Assembly: GCA_022844165.1 (NCBI GenBank)
Contig: JALHMH010000003.1
Location: 128,001 to 192,000, forward strand
Reading direction: 5' to 3'
From: Lysobacterales bacterium
Lineage (GTDB): Bacteria > Pseudomonadota > Gammaproteobacteria > Xanthomonadales > SZUA-5
Length of the DNA stretch: 64,000 nucleotides
Shown: positions 1 through 10,760 of the stretch, one piece after another
How positions within the stretch are numbered: position 1 is the first letter of the stretch
Layout: every line of letters begins with the position of its first letter
Translations under genes and position numbers: made by a program
The notes under the pieces: generated by a model
What the model was told of the DNA's origin: nothing
What the model saw: the letters and a program-made list of their open reading frames with translations, nothing else
The model's database searches: none

Positions 1-1
1 C

Positions 2-226
2 GACCAGATCAAAGTCCATCCGCGCGAGCAACAGGAGAATGCGGTGCTCCTGGAACGCTGCAAACGTCTGTATGAGGATCGCCTTGGACAAGAGCGTTTG
101 CAGATCCAGGAAGCGCTCATGGCTTTCCAAAACGCGCTCGATGGCCAGGACCCCGAGATCATCGAGCGTGTGCGTGGCCAGGTGAAGAAGTTCCTTGACG
201 AGATCGATCGGGGTTTCGTGCTGTGA
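2..226 (+). CDS. hscC: Hsp70-family chaperone HscC, C-terminal fragment (gene starts before the window)
   Basis: Frame open from nt 2: DQIKVHPREQQENAVLLERCKRLYEDRLG..., resembling the HscC C-terminus (KxHPR...LL.R..RLYE..LG). Followed by a J-domain gene with a GTGA overlap. Confidence 0.75.
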   Translation, partial: DQIKVHPREQQENAVLLERCKRLYEDRLGQERLQIQEALMAFQNALDGQDPEIIERVRGQVKKFLDEIDRGFVL

Positions 227-1977
227 ACGGCTGGCCTTGGTCGGTGCTTCACTGCCCGGCGACCGCCGATGCGCTTGCGATCAAACGCGCCTATGCGAAG
301 CAGCTGAAAACGACTCGCCCGGATGATGATCCGGAGGGTTATCAACAGCTGCGTCAGGCCTACGAGGTTGCGCTGGAGCGAGCGCACCAGATTGCGGCGC
401 AGGCGGCGGACGCAAATGAGCGTGCCCCAGATCTGGCGCAACGCGTCGACTCAGCAACCGCCGATGCCAGGACGGCAGTCGCCACCGAGGCGCTTGAGCG
501 GGTGTCGTCCGGTGACTCAGCTCCAGTGGCGACGCAAACTGCGCCCAGTGAGTTGGACTCGCCAGCAGCAGATGCTACGCCGAAAGCTCGGACGCAAGGG
601 CCGCCGCGCCGGATGCCACAGGACACCGCGTCATATCCGGCGCCGGTGGATCGCTCTGCCATCGAGGACTTGCCTGAACTGATCGCTCGCATCCGCACAA
701 TGCTGGCAGCGGTCGATCGCATCGAGGCGGCAGACTTGCCTCAATGGTGGAAGCGCCTGGAGCCGGATCTTGCACTGGTACCACTGGCGCATCGCGACGC
801 GCTGTCGCGGCAGATGGCGCAGTTCGTCAACGAGCGGACTGGGTTTCCGGATTGGTTGATAGAGCGCGTGGCACGTTCTTTCGAATGGGAGCGAGACTTC
901 CGTCGTTCACGCGACATCGAGGATTTGCCGGCGCTTCGCGAGCGCCTGGCCGCCATCCGGGCAACCGCCCGCGAGCAAGAGCGGGCGAACTGGAGGTTGG
1001 GTCATATTGATCGCGCTCTGGCGACGGGTCGTCCGTACCTTGCCTTTCTGATCGCGATGCTTTTCGCACCGCGTCTAAACGAACAGTTCGACTCGATAGA
1101 AGATCTTCGTTGGGGGATGCGCTTCGGCGCGCGCCGCTCCCGTGTGGGCGAGGTGCTTGAACGCGTTCGCCTCGCGCACCTGGGCCTGGCCGTAGTGGTG
1201 TTGTTGTTCGCGACACAGATCGGAGGGCCAGGGAGCGCAGCCTCAATGCCGAAGGCTGCCCCGTTTTTGGTCTTTGTCGGCGTCAGTCTGTTGGCATGGG
1301 CCTACATGTTGTTCGACCTCACCGTGCCATCCCTTCCAAAGCGCGTGGCAGACGCATGGCGTGTCAGATTCTCCGTGGGTGGAATCGCTGCGCTGGCCGC
1401 CCTTTTTCTGGGTTGGATGCTGCCAGACCAGCGCGCAGTGGTGGCTTCTCTTGTCGTTGCCTCACTTTGGTTCACGCATACTGGAGCGCGTTGGCGACCG
1501 TTGTGGCTGCCGCTGGTGTTCGCTCCGTGCCTTGCAGGTTCTGCGCTTGGCATCGAGGTGCCGGCGTGGATGATCGGCACGCCCGGAGCGATGGTCTTTT
1601 TCGCTCATTGGGCACTTTCCTGGCGATATCAGGAGACGATCGGGATATTTGGACTTGGCTTGTCTGATCTGAAGTTCGGGTGGCCGACCGTCATTTTCTT
1701 TATCATCGGATTCAAGATCGTTGTTCCTGTGCTGCTGGCCGTGGGCACCCTGGTTTTGCCGCTCACCGCTGCCGTCCAGGCACGGACCTTTGGCAACCAC
1801 TACGCGGTATTGTTACTGGCTTTTGCCACGGCACTGACCGTCATGACCGCGTCTGCCGATGCCGTGTTCCCGGTCTGGCTTGGCTGCCTGGGGTTCTGCC
1901 TGATCGCGGGCTTGATTCTCGTTCGGACGGCCGCAATCGCCGCCGCGAAACTCATCGCCTGGCGGCTGCAATCTTAA
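223..1977 (+). CDS. J-domain co-chaperone (DjlB/DjlC-like) with a multi-pass membrane C-terminus
   Basis: N-terminal J-domain PWSVL...AIKRAYAKQLKTTRPDDDPEGYQQLRQAYE; hydrophobic C-terminal half; directly downstream of hscC. Confidence 0.8.
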   Translation: MNGWPWSVLHCPATADALAIKRAYAKQLKTTRPDDDPEGYQQLRQAYEVALERAHQIAAQAADANERAPDLAQRVDSATADARTAVATEALERVSSGDSAPVATQTAPSELDSPAADATPKARTQGPPRRMPQDTASYPAPVDRSAIEDLPELIARIRTMLAAVDRIEAADLPQWWKRLEPDLALVPLAHRDALSRQMAQFVNERTGFPDWLIERVARSFEWERDFRRSRDIEDLPALRERLAAIRATAREQERANWRLGHIDRALATGRPYLAFLIAMLFAPRLNEQFDSIEDLRWGMRFGARRSRVGEVLERVRLAHLGLAVVVLLFATQIGGPGSAASMPKAAPFLVFVGVSLLAWAYMLFDLTVPSLPKRVADAWRVRFSVGGIAALAALFLGWMLPDQRAVVASLVVASLWFTHTGARWRPLWLPLVFAPCLAGSALGIEVPAWMIGTPGAMVFFAHWALSWRYQETIGIFGLGLSDLKFGWPTVIFFIIGFKIVVPVLLAVGTLVLPLTAAVQARTFGNHYAVLLLAFATALTVMTASADAVFPVWLGCLGFCLIAGLILVRTAAIAAAKLIAWRLQS

Positions 1978-2145
1978 CCCGCCTAATCCATGAGGTCTCG
2001 AGGAATTGGCCTGATTTCGTCGCTTCGCCGAGGAGCGCATCGAGAGGGTTGTAATGACAAACTAAGCGCAGCGACAAAGTCATTCATAGCGCCGCCAGCC
2101 CACTTTGTGCATCCTTCACCGCGTCGCTCAATGGAGGGCCGTCAA

Positions 2146-2826
2146 ATGCGTTTCGACATGCGCAGCTGGGTGTTGTTGATTCTGTTGGCGCTGCCGCTGA
2201 GCGCGCTCGCCGGTGCGAAAGAGGAAAAACGCGCGCAAGATGCGGTCGCGGTTTTGCGCGAAGTACAATCGGTTCCGGACATCGAAATTCCACGCTCGCT
2301 GCTATCGAAGGCCTACGCGATCGCCGTGATTCCCGATGTGGTCAAAGTCGGCCTTGTCGTTGGCGGCCGCCGCGGTAAAGGGCTGATCTCGGTGCGCCAG
2401 AGCGATGGCACCTGGTCGAACCCGGCGTATATCGCGATTACCGGCGGCAGCTTCGGTTTTCAAGCGGGCGTGCAGTCGGCCGACATCATTCTGGTGTTCC
2501 GCACGCAGCGTGGCGTCGACAATCTGGTGTCCGGCAAGTTTACGCTTGGCGCCGACGCCTCCGTCGCCGCGGGGCCCGTTGGGCGTCAGGCATCGGCATC
2601 CACCGACATCGAGTTTAAAGCTGAGATCCTGGCCTATGCGCGCACCCGCGGGCTCTTCGCCGGCATTGCGCTCGACGGGTCGGCGCTGTCGATCGATTAC
2701 GATGCGATCGAACGGGTATACGGCAAGGGCACACGTCCCCGAGCCTTGTTCGAAGGTCGCGTCAAAGGCGCACCGACGTTTATTGTCGACTTCCGGGATC
2801 AGTTGGAAGAGCAAACCGCGCGTTGA
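2146..2826 (+). CDS. Ysc84/SYLF lipid-binding domain protein, exported
   Basis: GGAGGG RBS before ATG 2146; signal peptide; motifs AVIPDVVKVGLVVGGRRGKG, GGSFGFQAG, LGADASVAAGPVGR, RTRGLFAG. Confidence 0.9.
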   Translation: MRFDMRSWVLLILLALPLSALAGAKEEKRAQDAVAVLREVQSVPDIEIPRSLLSKAYAIAVIPDVVKVGLVVGGRRGKGLISVRQSDGTWSNPAYIAITGGSFGFQAGVQSADIILVFRTQRGVDNLVSGKFTLGADASVAAGPVGRQASASTDIEFKAEILAYARTRGLFAGIALDGSALSIDYDAIERVYGKGTRPRALFEGRVKGAPTFIVDFRDQLEEQTAR

Positions 2827-2882
2827 CGATTGCATCAAGAACTCAACCACCTACGAATGACCCACCAACCCAGAACTCGAAA

Positions 2883-4151
2883 ATGCACCTGATCGACGAC
2901 CTCCAATGGCGCGGACTGCTGGCCGACTGCACCGACCTCAGAGCATTGCGTGAGCGCATGGATCAAGGACCGATCACGCTGTATTGCGGCTTCGATCCCA
3001 CGGGCGACTCGCTGCATGTGGGCCACCTGATGGGTCAGCTGATGTTGCGCCGCTTTCAGCGCGCCGGGCATATCCCGATCGCACTCGCCGGGGGCGCCAC
3101 CGGCATGATCGGCGATCCATCGGGCAAGTCGGCCGAACGCAACTTGTTGAGCCGCGACCAGCTGCTGCATAACGTCGAGTGCATCAAAGCGCAGCTAACG
3201 CGTCTGCTCGACTTCGACGCACCATTCAACCCGGCGCAGCTGGTCGATAACTACGATTGGACGGCGCCGATCACGGTGCTGGAATTTCTGCGAGATGTCG
3301 GCAAACACTTTTCGCTGACCGCGATGTTGGCGAAGGACTCGGTGCGCTCGCGCATGGAGGCCGAGAGCGGCATCAGCTACACGGAATTCAGCTATCAGTT
3401 GCTGCAAAGCTACGACTTTTATCACCTCCGGTCCGCGCGCCATTGCGAGCTGCAAATCGGAGGATCGGATCAGTGGGGTAACATCACCGCCGGCGTCGAT
3501 TTTACGCGCCGCAAGTTGGGCGCCACGGTGTACGGCTGGACCTTCCCGCTGATCACCAAAGCCGATGGCAGCAAGTTCGGCAAGACCGAATCCGGCGCTG
3601 TCTGGCTCGATCCGGCCAAGACCAGTCCGTATCGCTTCTATCAGTTTTTCCTGAACACGGAAGACGCAAAAATCAGTGAGTATCTGCGCAAGTTCACCTT
3701 CTTGACGCGCGAGGACATCGAGACGCTGGAAGCGCAGCAGGCGGCCAACCCAGGCGCGCGCGAAGCGCAACGGGCATTGGCGCGCGAGGTGACCACAATG
3801 GTGCACGGTGCGTCGGCGGTGGAATCCGCACAACGCGCCAGCGCGATCTTGTTCGGTGCCGAATTGGGTGATATCGATGCAGCTACTTTCCGCGATGTCG
3901 TTGGCGAAGTACCCACCTATCCACTGGCGCGCAACGCGTTCGATGGCGGTTCGCTCATCGATTTATTGCTCGAAGCGAAGCTGGCGCCGTCCAAGAGTCA
4001 GGCGCGCAAAGACATCGAGAGTGGCGGCGTGTATCTGAATAACCGTCGCGCCGATGTTTCGCGCCTCGTCGTATCGGACGACCTGTTGTTCGGACGTTAC
4101 CTGCTCCTGCGCAAAGGCAAAAAGAGCTACGCAGTATTGGACGTGGCATGA
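2883..4151 (+). CDS. tyrS: Tyrosine--tRNA ligase
   Basis: LYCGFDPTGDSLHVGH (HIGH), QIGGSDQWGNI, KFGKT (KMSKS), C-terminal S4 domain with RKGKK. Start at MHLIDDLQWRG (ORF track extends to 2823). Confidence 0.97.
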   Translation: MHLIDDLQWRGLLADCTDLRALRERMDQGPITLYCGFDPTGDSLHVGHLMGQLMLRRFQRAGHIPIALAGGATGMIGDPSGKSAERNLLSRDQLLHNVECIKAQLTRLLDFDAPFNPAQLVDNYDWTAPITVLEFLRDVGKHFSLTAMLAKDSVRSRMEAESGISYTEFSYQLLQSYDFYHLRSARHCELQIGGSDQWGNITAGVDFTRRKLGATVYGWTFPLITKADGSKFGKTESGAVWLDPAKTSPYRFYQFFLNTEDAKISEYLRKFTFLTREDIETLEAQQAANPGAREAQRALAREVTTMVHGASAVESAQRASAILFGAELGDIDAATFRDVVGEVPTYPLARNAFDGGSLIDLLLEAKLAPSKSQARKDIESGGVYLNNRRADVSRLVVSDDLLFGRYLLLRKGKKSYAVLDVA

Positions 4152-4591
4152 CGTTAGTTTGGACGCAGCACCCGTTTGGCGACTTGGCGATCGAGCGCTG
4201 GTACGCAATCAGTCAGGCCCGAACGGCGGTTTTCATCGTCGAGCAGAACTGCCCGTATCAGGACCTCGACGGCAAGGACAGATATTGCCAGCACCTGTGT
4301 GGATGGGCCGGCGAGCAACTCGCGGCCTATTTGCGAATCGTGCCGCCGGGTGTGTCTTACCCAGAAGCGTCGTTGGGTCGAGTGTTAACCACAGCCGGCT
4401 TTCGCCGCGGCGGCTATGGCCGGCTGTTGCTGGCCGAGGGCATCGCCCGCTGCGCACAACGCCATCACGGTCCGATCCGCATCGGCGCACAGCGGTATCT
4501 CGAAGCGTTTTACAGTCGTTTCGGCTTCCGCACGGTATCCGAGCCCTACGACGAAGATGGCATTGAACACGTGCTGATGTTGCGCAGCTGA
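4148..4591 (+). CDS. elaA: ElaA-family GNAT acetyltransferase
   Basis: R..VFIVEQNCPYQDLDGKD, LGRV, IGAQRYLEAFYSRFGF, YDEDGIEH. Confidence 0.9.
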   Translation: MTLVWTQHPFGDLAIERWYAISQARTAVFIVEQNCPYQDLDGKDRYCQHLCGWAGEQLAAYLRIVPPGVSYPEASLGRVLTTAGFRRGGYGRLLLAEGIARCAQRHHGPIRIGAQRYLEAFYSRFGFRTVSEPYDEDGIEHVLMLRS

Positions 4592-4715
4592 GCTGGAAAC
4601 AGGCCGCTAGACAAACGCCTGGATCGCACCGCCCGATCGTTCTGGGAGCGCCCATAGTGCGGCTCCGCGGCATATTCTAACCCGGACATTTCATGAGGGA
4701 ACGCGAATGGTTGCG

Positions 4716-5138
4716 ATGAGCGGAATTTTTCGATCGGCGTCGATCGAGCAACTCAACGCGGCCGGCCGCAACACGCTCGCCGAAGCTCTGGGCATCGAGA
4801 TCACCGAAATCGGCGCGGATTTCGTCCGTGGCAGGATGCCCGTCGATCGGCGTACCTTGCAGCCCTACGGCCTGCTGCATGGCGGCGCTTCGGTCGCGCT
4901 GGCGGAGACGCTGGGCAGCCTCGGTGGTGCGCTTGCGGCGCCCGATGGCACCCAGGTGGTTGGGCTGGAGATCAACGCCAATCACCTGCGCGGCAAGCGC
5001 GAGGGGTGGGTCACAGGCACCGCCCGTCCAATGCACCTTGGCCGCACAACGCAGGTCTGGGAGATCCGCATCGAAGACGACACGCAGGCGTTGGTCTGCA
5101 CTTCGCGACTCACACTGGCAGTGGTGCGACGCGGATGA
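4716..5138 (+). CDS. PaaI/MenI-like hotdog-fold thioesterase
   Basis: QPYGLLHGGASVALAETLGS, VGLEINANH, HLGRTTQVWEI. Start 4707 or 4716. Confidence 0.9.
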   Translation: MSGIFRSASIEQLNAAGRNTLAEALGIEITEIGADFVRGRMPVDRRTLQPYGLLHGGASVALAETLGSLGGALAAPDGTQVVGLEINANHLRGKREGWVTGTARPMHLGRTTQVWEIRIEDDTQALVCTSRLTLAVVRRG

Positions 5139-5620
5139 GCACGCCGATCGAGATTATCTGCTGGCAGCCATCGCTGGCGCACGCCTTTCACGATATCAAC
5201 GAGGCCTGGATATCCGAGATGTTCAGTCTCGAGGATCATGACCGCGAGGTACTCGAAGATCCACAGTGTTTCATCATCGATCGCGGCGGCGAAGTGCTAT
5301 TCGCCAGACGTGGTGCGGGTGTTGTCGGCACGTGCGCGCTGATGCCCACGGACGATGGTGCAATCGAGTTGACCAAGATGGGTGTTGTCCCAGGCGCGCG
5401 TGGCCAGGGCGTGGGCGAATCCTTGCTGGTCGCGGCACTCGAGCGCGCACGGTCGTTGCCGCAGCGGCCGCTGTTTCTGCTCACCAACCGGCGTTGCGCA
5501 AGTGCAATTCGCTTATACGAGAAACTGGGTTTCGCCCATGACCGCGACATCATGTCACGTTACGGGGCCAGTTATGCCCGGTGCGACGTTGCGATGCGCT
5601 ATCTGGAAAGCAACGCGTGA
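5135..5620 (+). CDS. GNAT-family N-acetyltransferase
   Basis: ATGA overlap with the upstream gene; F..IN.AWI...F.LE..D, VGTCAL, ELTKMGV..ARGQGVG, AIRLYEKLGF. Confidence 0.9.
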   Translation: MSTPIEIICWQPSLAHAFHDINEAWISEMFSLEDHDREVLEDPQCFIIDRGGEVLFARRGAGVVGTCALMPTDDGAIELTKMGVVPGARGQGVGESLLVAALERARSLPQRPLFLLTNRRCASAIRLYEKLGFAHDRDIMSRYGASYARCDVAMRYLESNA

Positions 5621-6897
5621 GTCGTTGGCCGGGCTGGCTTTTTATGCTCTCGACGGCCGTCTTGAGTGGCGCGGTTTTGGCGCAGGCATTGAACGGATGG
5701 CTGTTGGTCCTGGCAGCCGCGATGACGGCGTCAATCTTCGGCTGGCTTGCATGGCGTCGCGAGAGGGCGCCTGGAAGTGAGCACTTGCGCGCATTGGCGA
5801 CCTTGGTCGCCGCTTGGAAAGACGCCGACTTTTCGACTTCGATCAGAGTACCGGAGAATGCTGACCTTGCGGAATTGACGCGCACACTGAACGCACTGGG
5901 CAACGAACTTCGCGATGAGCGCCAGCGGCTGATTCAACGCGAGTTGCTGCTCGATACGGTCGTGCAGAACACGCCGACCGCCCTGTATCTGACCGATTCG
6001 CGTGAGCGTGTGGTCTATGCCAACGTCGCCGCACGCGAGCTGTTCGGTGCCAACAGCAGACTTGAGGGGTTAGCCGTATCGGAACTGATCGGCCGGCTGC
6101 CCGGCGAGCTGGCCGATTTGATGCATCGCGGGCAAGATGGCCTGATCACCTTGCCGACGGACGGCGAAGAAGAGGTCTTTCACGTCACCCGACGTGGCTT
6201 TGAATTGCACGGGCGGCCGCATACGCTGGTGCTGGTGCGGCGTCTGACGCGCGAATTGGCGCGACAAGAAGTGGCGACATGGAAAAAAGTGATCCGCGTC
6301 ATCAGTCACGAAATCAACAATGCCCTGGGGCCGATCGCATCGATGGCGCATTCCGGCAGTGTGTATGTCGAGCGCGGCGATAAAACGCGCTTAAAACAGG
6401 TGTTTGCGGCGATCGCCGAGCGCGCGCGGCATCTGGAGGCATTTATCGGCGGGTATGCGCGATTTGCGCGATTGCCAGCACCGATCCACGCGACAGCGTA
6501 TTGGGACAATGTGCTGCGTACGGTGGCGGAATCCGAACAAGTCGCCATCGTTGCGCCTTTGCCCGATGCGCCTGTACGGCTGGACCAGGCGCAGATCGAA
6601 CAGGTGCTGATCAATCTGGTCAAGAACGCCATCGAAGCCGGCTCGGCGCGCGAAGCGATCGAAATCGAAGTTGTCGATCTTGGCCCGCAGTTCAGGCTGC
6701 AATTGCGCGATCGAGGTTCCGGGATGAGCGAGGCGGTGCTATCGCAAGCGCTTTTGCCGTTTTATTCGACGAAGCGCACCGGTACCGGCTTGGGATTGGC
6801 GTTGGCGCGCGAGGTCATCGAAGCACACGGCGGTCGCATTCGCCTGTCGAATCGCGAAGGTGGCGGCTTGATTGTCAGCATTTGGCTACCCAAGTAG
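5617..6897 (+). CDS. Membrane sensor histidine kinase (TM-HAMP-PAS-HisKA-HATPase)
   Basis: GTGA overlap start; H-box WKKVIRVISHEINN, N-box QVLINLVKNAIEA, DRGSG, FYSTKRTGTGLGL. Confidence 0.93.
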   Translation: MSRWPGWLFMLSTAVLSGAVLAQALNGWLLVLAAAMTASIFGWLAWRRERAPGSEHLRALATLVAAWKDADFSTSIRVPENADLAELTRTLNALGNELRDERQRLIQRELLLDTVVQNTPTALYLTDSRERVVYANVAARELFGANSRLEGLAVSELIGRLPGELADLMHRGQDGLITLPTDGEEEVFHVTRRGFELHGRPHTLVLVRRLTRELARQEVATWKKVIRVISHEINNALGPIASMAHSGSVYVERGDKTRLKQVFAAIAERARHLEAFIGGYARFARLPAPIHATAYWDNVLRTVAESEQVAIVAPLPDAPVRLDQAQIEQVLINLVKNAIEAGSAREAIEIEVVDLGPQFRLQLRDRGSGMSEAVLSQALLPFYSTKRTGTGLGLALAREVIEAHGGRIRLSNREGGGLIVSIWLPK

Positions 6898-6979
6898 CGC
6901 ACATTGTCCAGATGCCCGATTTCGACAGTGCGCACCGATGGTGTATTAAGAGCTGCGGAACGATCGATCGAGTATTGCC

Positions 6980-8932
<1,953 letters not shown>

Positions 8933-8951
8933 GGAGCCCGGTCGTCGGCCG

Positions 8952-9824
8952 CTATCGCGCTTCCAATCGTTGCACAGCGGCACGCAGCGCACGAATCTCG
9001 TTGAGCAGTTCGACGCGTTCGGCGTGGGCGACGGCCTCATCTTTGTCTGCCTCAGCCTTCAGATCCTCGGCCACGTGCTCCTGCATGGCGTTGACCACGA
9101 CCGCAATGAACAAGTTCAAAACAGTAAAGGTGCTGACGATCAAATAGCCGAGAAAAAACACCCAGGCCCAGGGTTTGACCACCATCAACTCGCGCGCGAT
9201 GTCCGCCCAGCCTTCCATGGTCATGATTTGGAACAGGGTGAAGGCGCTGCCCCCGAGAGATCCGAAAAATTCTGGCGACACGTCACGAAAGAGCTTTGTG
9301 GCCATGACCGAGGCCACATACAGCACCAGCACCAGCAATGCCATGATCGATGCAAGTCCTGGCAGTGCGCCCAACAGTGCAGCAACGACGCGCCGCATGC
9401 TGGGTACGATCGACACCAGACGCAGCACCCGCAGTATGCGCATCGCCCGGAGCACAGAGAACGCGCCGCTGGCCGGCATCAATGCAACCGATACAATTGC
9501 AAGATCGAACACATTCCACGGATCGCGAAAGAACTTCAGGCGATACACCACAAGCTTCAGCGCGATCTCGACAGTGAAGATGGCGAGCGCCGCGGTGTCG
9601 AGTACATGCAGCCAATGGCCGAAGCCGGCCATCATGCCGGGCGATGTTTCCATGCCCAGGGTGATGGCATTGATCACGATGACAGCGATGATGAATTGGG
9701 AAAAGCGGCGGTGTTCGATGAATTGCTGCAGAGCGTGCATGGGCGTAAGACCAGGTTTTCTTGGTGCCGATATTAGCGAAGCCAGTTGCGATTCGAGCGA
9801 TAGCGCCGGATCGGTCGCGCTCAA
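8952..9824 (-). CDS. Voltage-gated 6TM ion channel (BacNav/Ion_trans family)
   Basis: FFRDPWNVFD (S2-S3), S4 LRAMRILRVLRLV, pore TLFQIMTMEGWADIAR, S6 LNLFIAVVVNAM, C-terminal coiled coil. Start 9824 (TTG overlapping the comF stop) or MHALQQF near 9740. Confidence 0.93.
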   Translation of the reverse strand: MSATDPALSLESQLASLISAPRKPGLTPMHALQQFIEHRRFSQFIIAVIVINAITLGMETSPGMMAGFGHWLHVLDTAALAIFTVEIALKLVVYRLKFFRDPWNVFDLAIVSVALMPASGAFSVLRAMRILRVLRLVSIVPSMRRVVAALLGALPGLASIMALLVLVLYVASVMATKLFRDVSPEFFGSLGGSAFTLFQIMTMEGWADIARELMVVKPWAWVFFLGYLIVSTFTVLNLFIAVVVNAMQEHVAEDLKAEADKDEAVAHAERVELLNEIRALRAAVQRLEAR

Positions 9825-10456
9825 GGTCGTCGCGCGACCACCCAGACCTCAACCCAACTCGCCCCGGCCGCTTTGCAGATTTTGGCGGCCTCATTGAGTG
9901 TCGCACCGGTGGTCATGACATCGTCAACCAGTGCGATGCGCGGCGGCAGGTGCTGCACGACAGCGAAAGCGCCACGAACGTTGCGTCGACGTTCGTCCTT
10001 GTCCAAGCCGGACTGCGCTGCAGTGGCGCGCTGCCGCGCCAGCGCGTGTAACACCGGGCGTCCGCCACAAACCGCCTGCGCCAACAAGAGCGACTGGTTA
10101 AAGCCACGTTGGCGCAGGCGCGAACGATGCAAGGGAATCGGAATCAGCGCATCCACTTTCCGCTCTGCTGTCATCATCTTGAGTTGCCCGGCCGCAACCA
10201 CACCCAACGCGAGACGCTGGTTGAACTTAAAATCCTGCAACAGCAGATCAGCGGGCGGCTCGTAACGCAGTGCCGCCAACGCCGCATCAAACGTGGGTGG
10301 TTTGCGCTGACACTCGCCGCAGAGATCGACGGGCGCCCGCATTGGGATCGCGCAACGGGCGCACGCCGGACCCAGGCCGGGCAGGAGCGACATACAGCGT
10401 TCGCACAACCGCGCATCGCTTGCCTCACCACAAAGGCCACATTGTTGCGTCAGCAT
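9821..10456 (-). CDS. comF: ComF-family amidophosphoribosyltransferase-like protein
   Basis: N-terminal CxxC zinc motifs, PIPLH..RL.QRGFNQS, LVDDVMTTGATL. Confidence 0.93.
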   Translation of the reverse strand: MLTQQCGLCGEASDARLCERCMSLLPGLGPACARCAIPMRAPVDLCGECQRKPPTFDAALAALRYEPPADLLLQDFKFNQRLALGVVAAGQLKMMTAERKVDALIPIPLHRSRLRQRGFNQSLLLAQAVCGGRPVLHALARQRATAAQSGLDKDERRRNVRGAFAVVQHLPPRIALVDDVMTTGATLNEAAKICKAAGASWVEVWVVARRP

Positions 10457-10760
10457 CGTTCAGCCCCGGGCAGTATCATTCAGAAGCTCAAGGTCGGCCC
10501 TGTGCCCATTAGACGACAAAGAACGCCCTGACCGGCATCGCGGCTCAAGGTTAGCTCAGTATGTTGGAACAGGCCGACTCGACGTCAGCTCACTCAATTT
10601 GCCTTTTGCTGCGTTGTTTCGTGTCACCTGGTGCGCCTCATCGGCGTTAGGGGTGACATGGAATACTTGCTGTGGGCCGATCGTGTGCCATAGGTCGACC
10701 GCCGCGAATCGGAATGACTAACGAATGCCGGGGCTTAGGCTGCGTCGGGGGAAAGATGCG

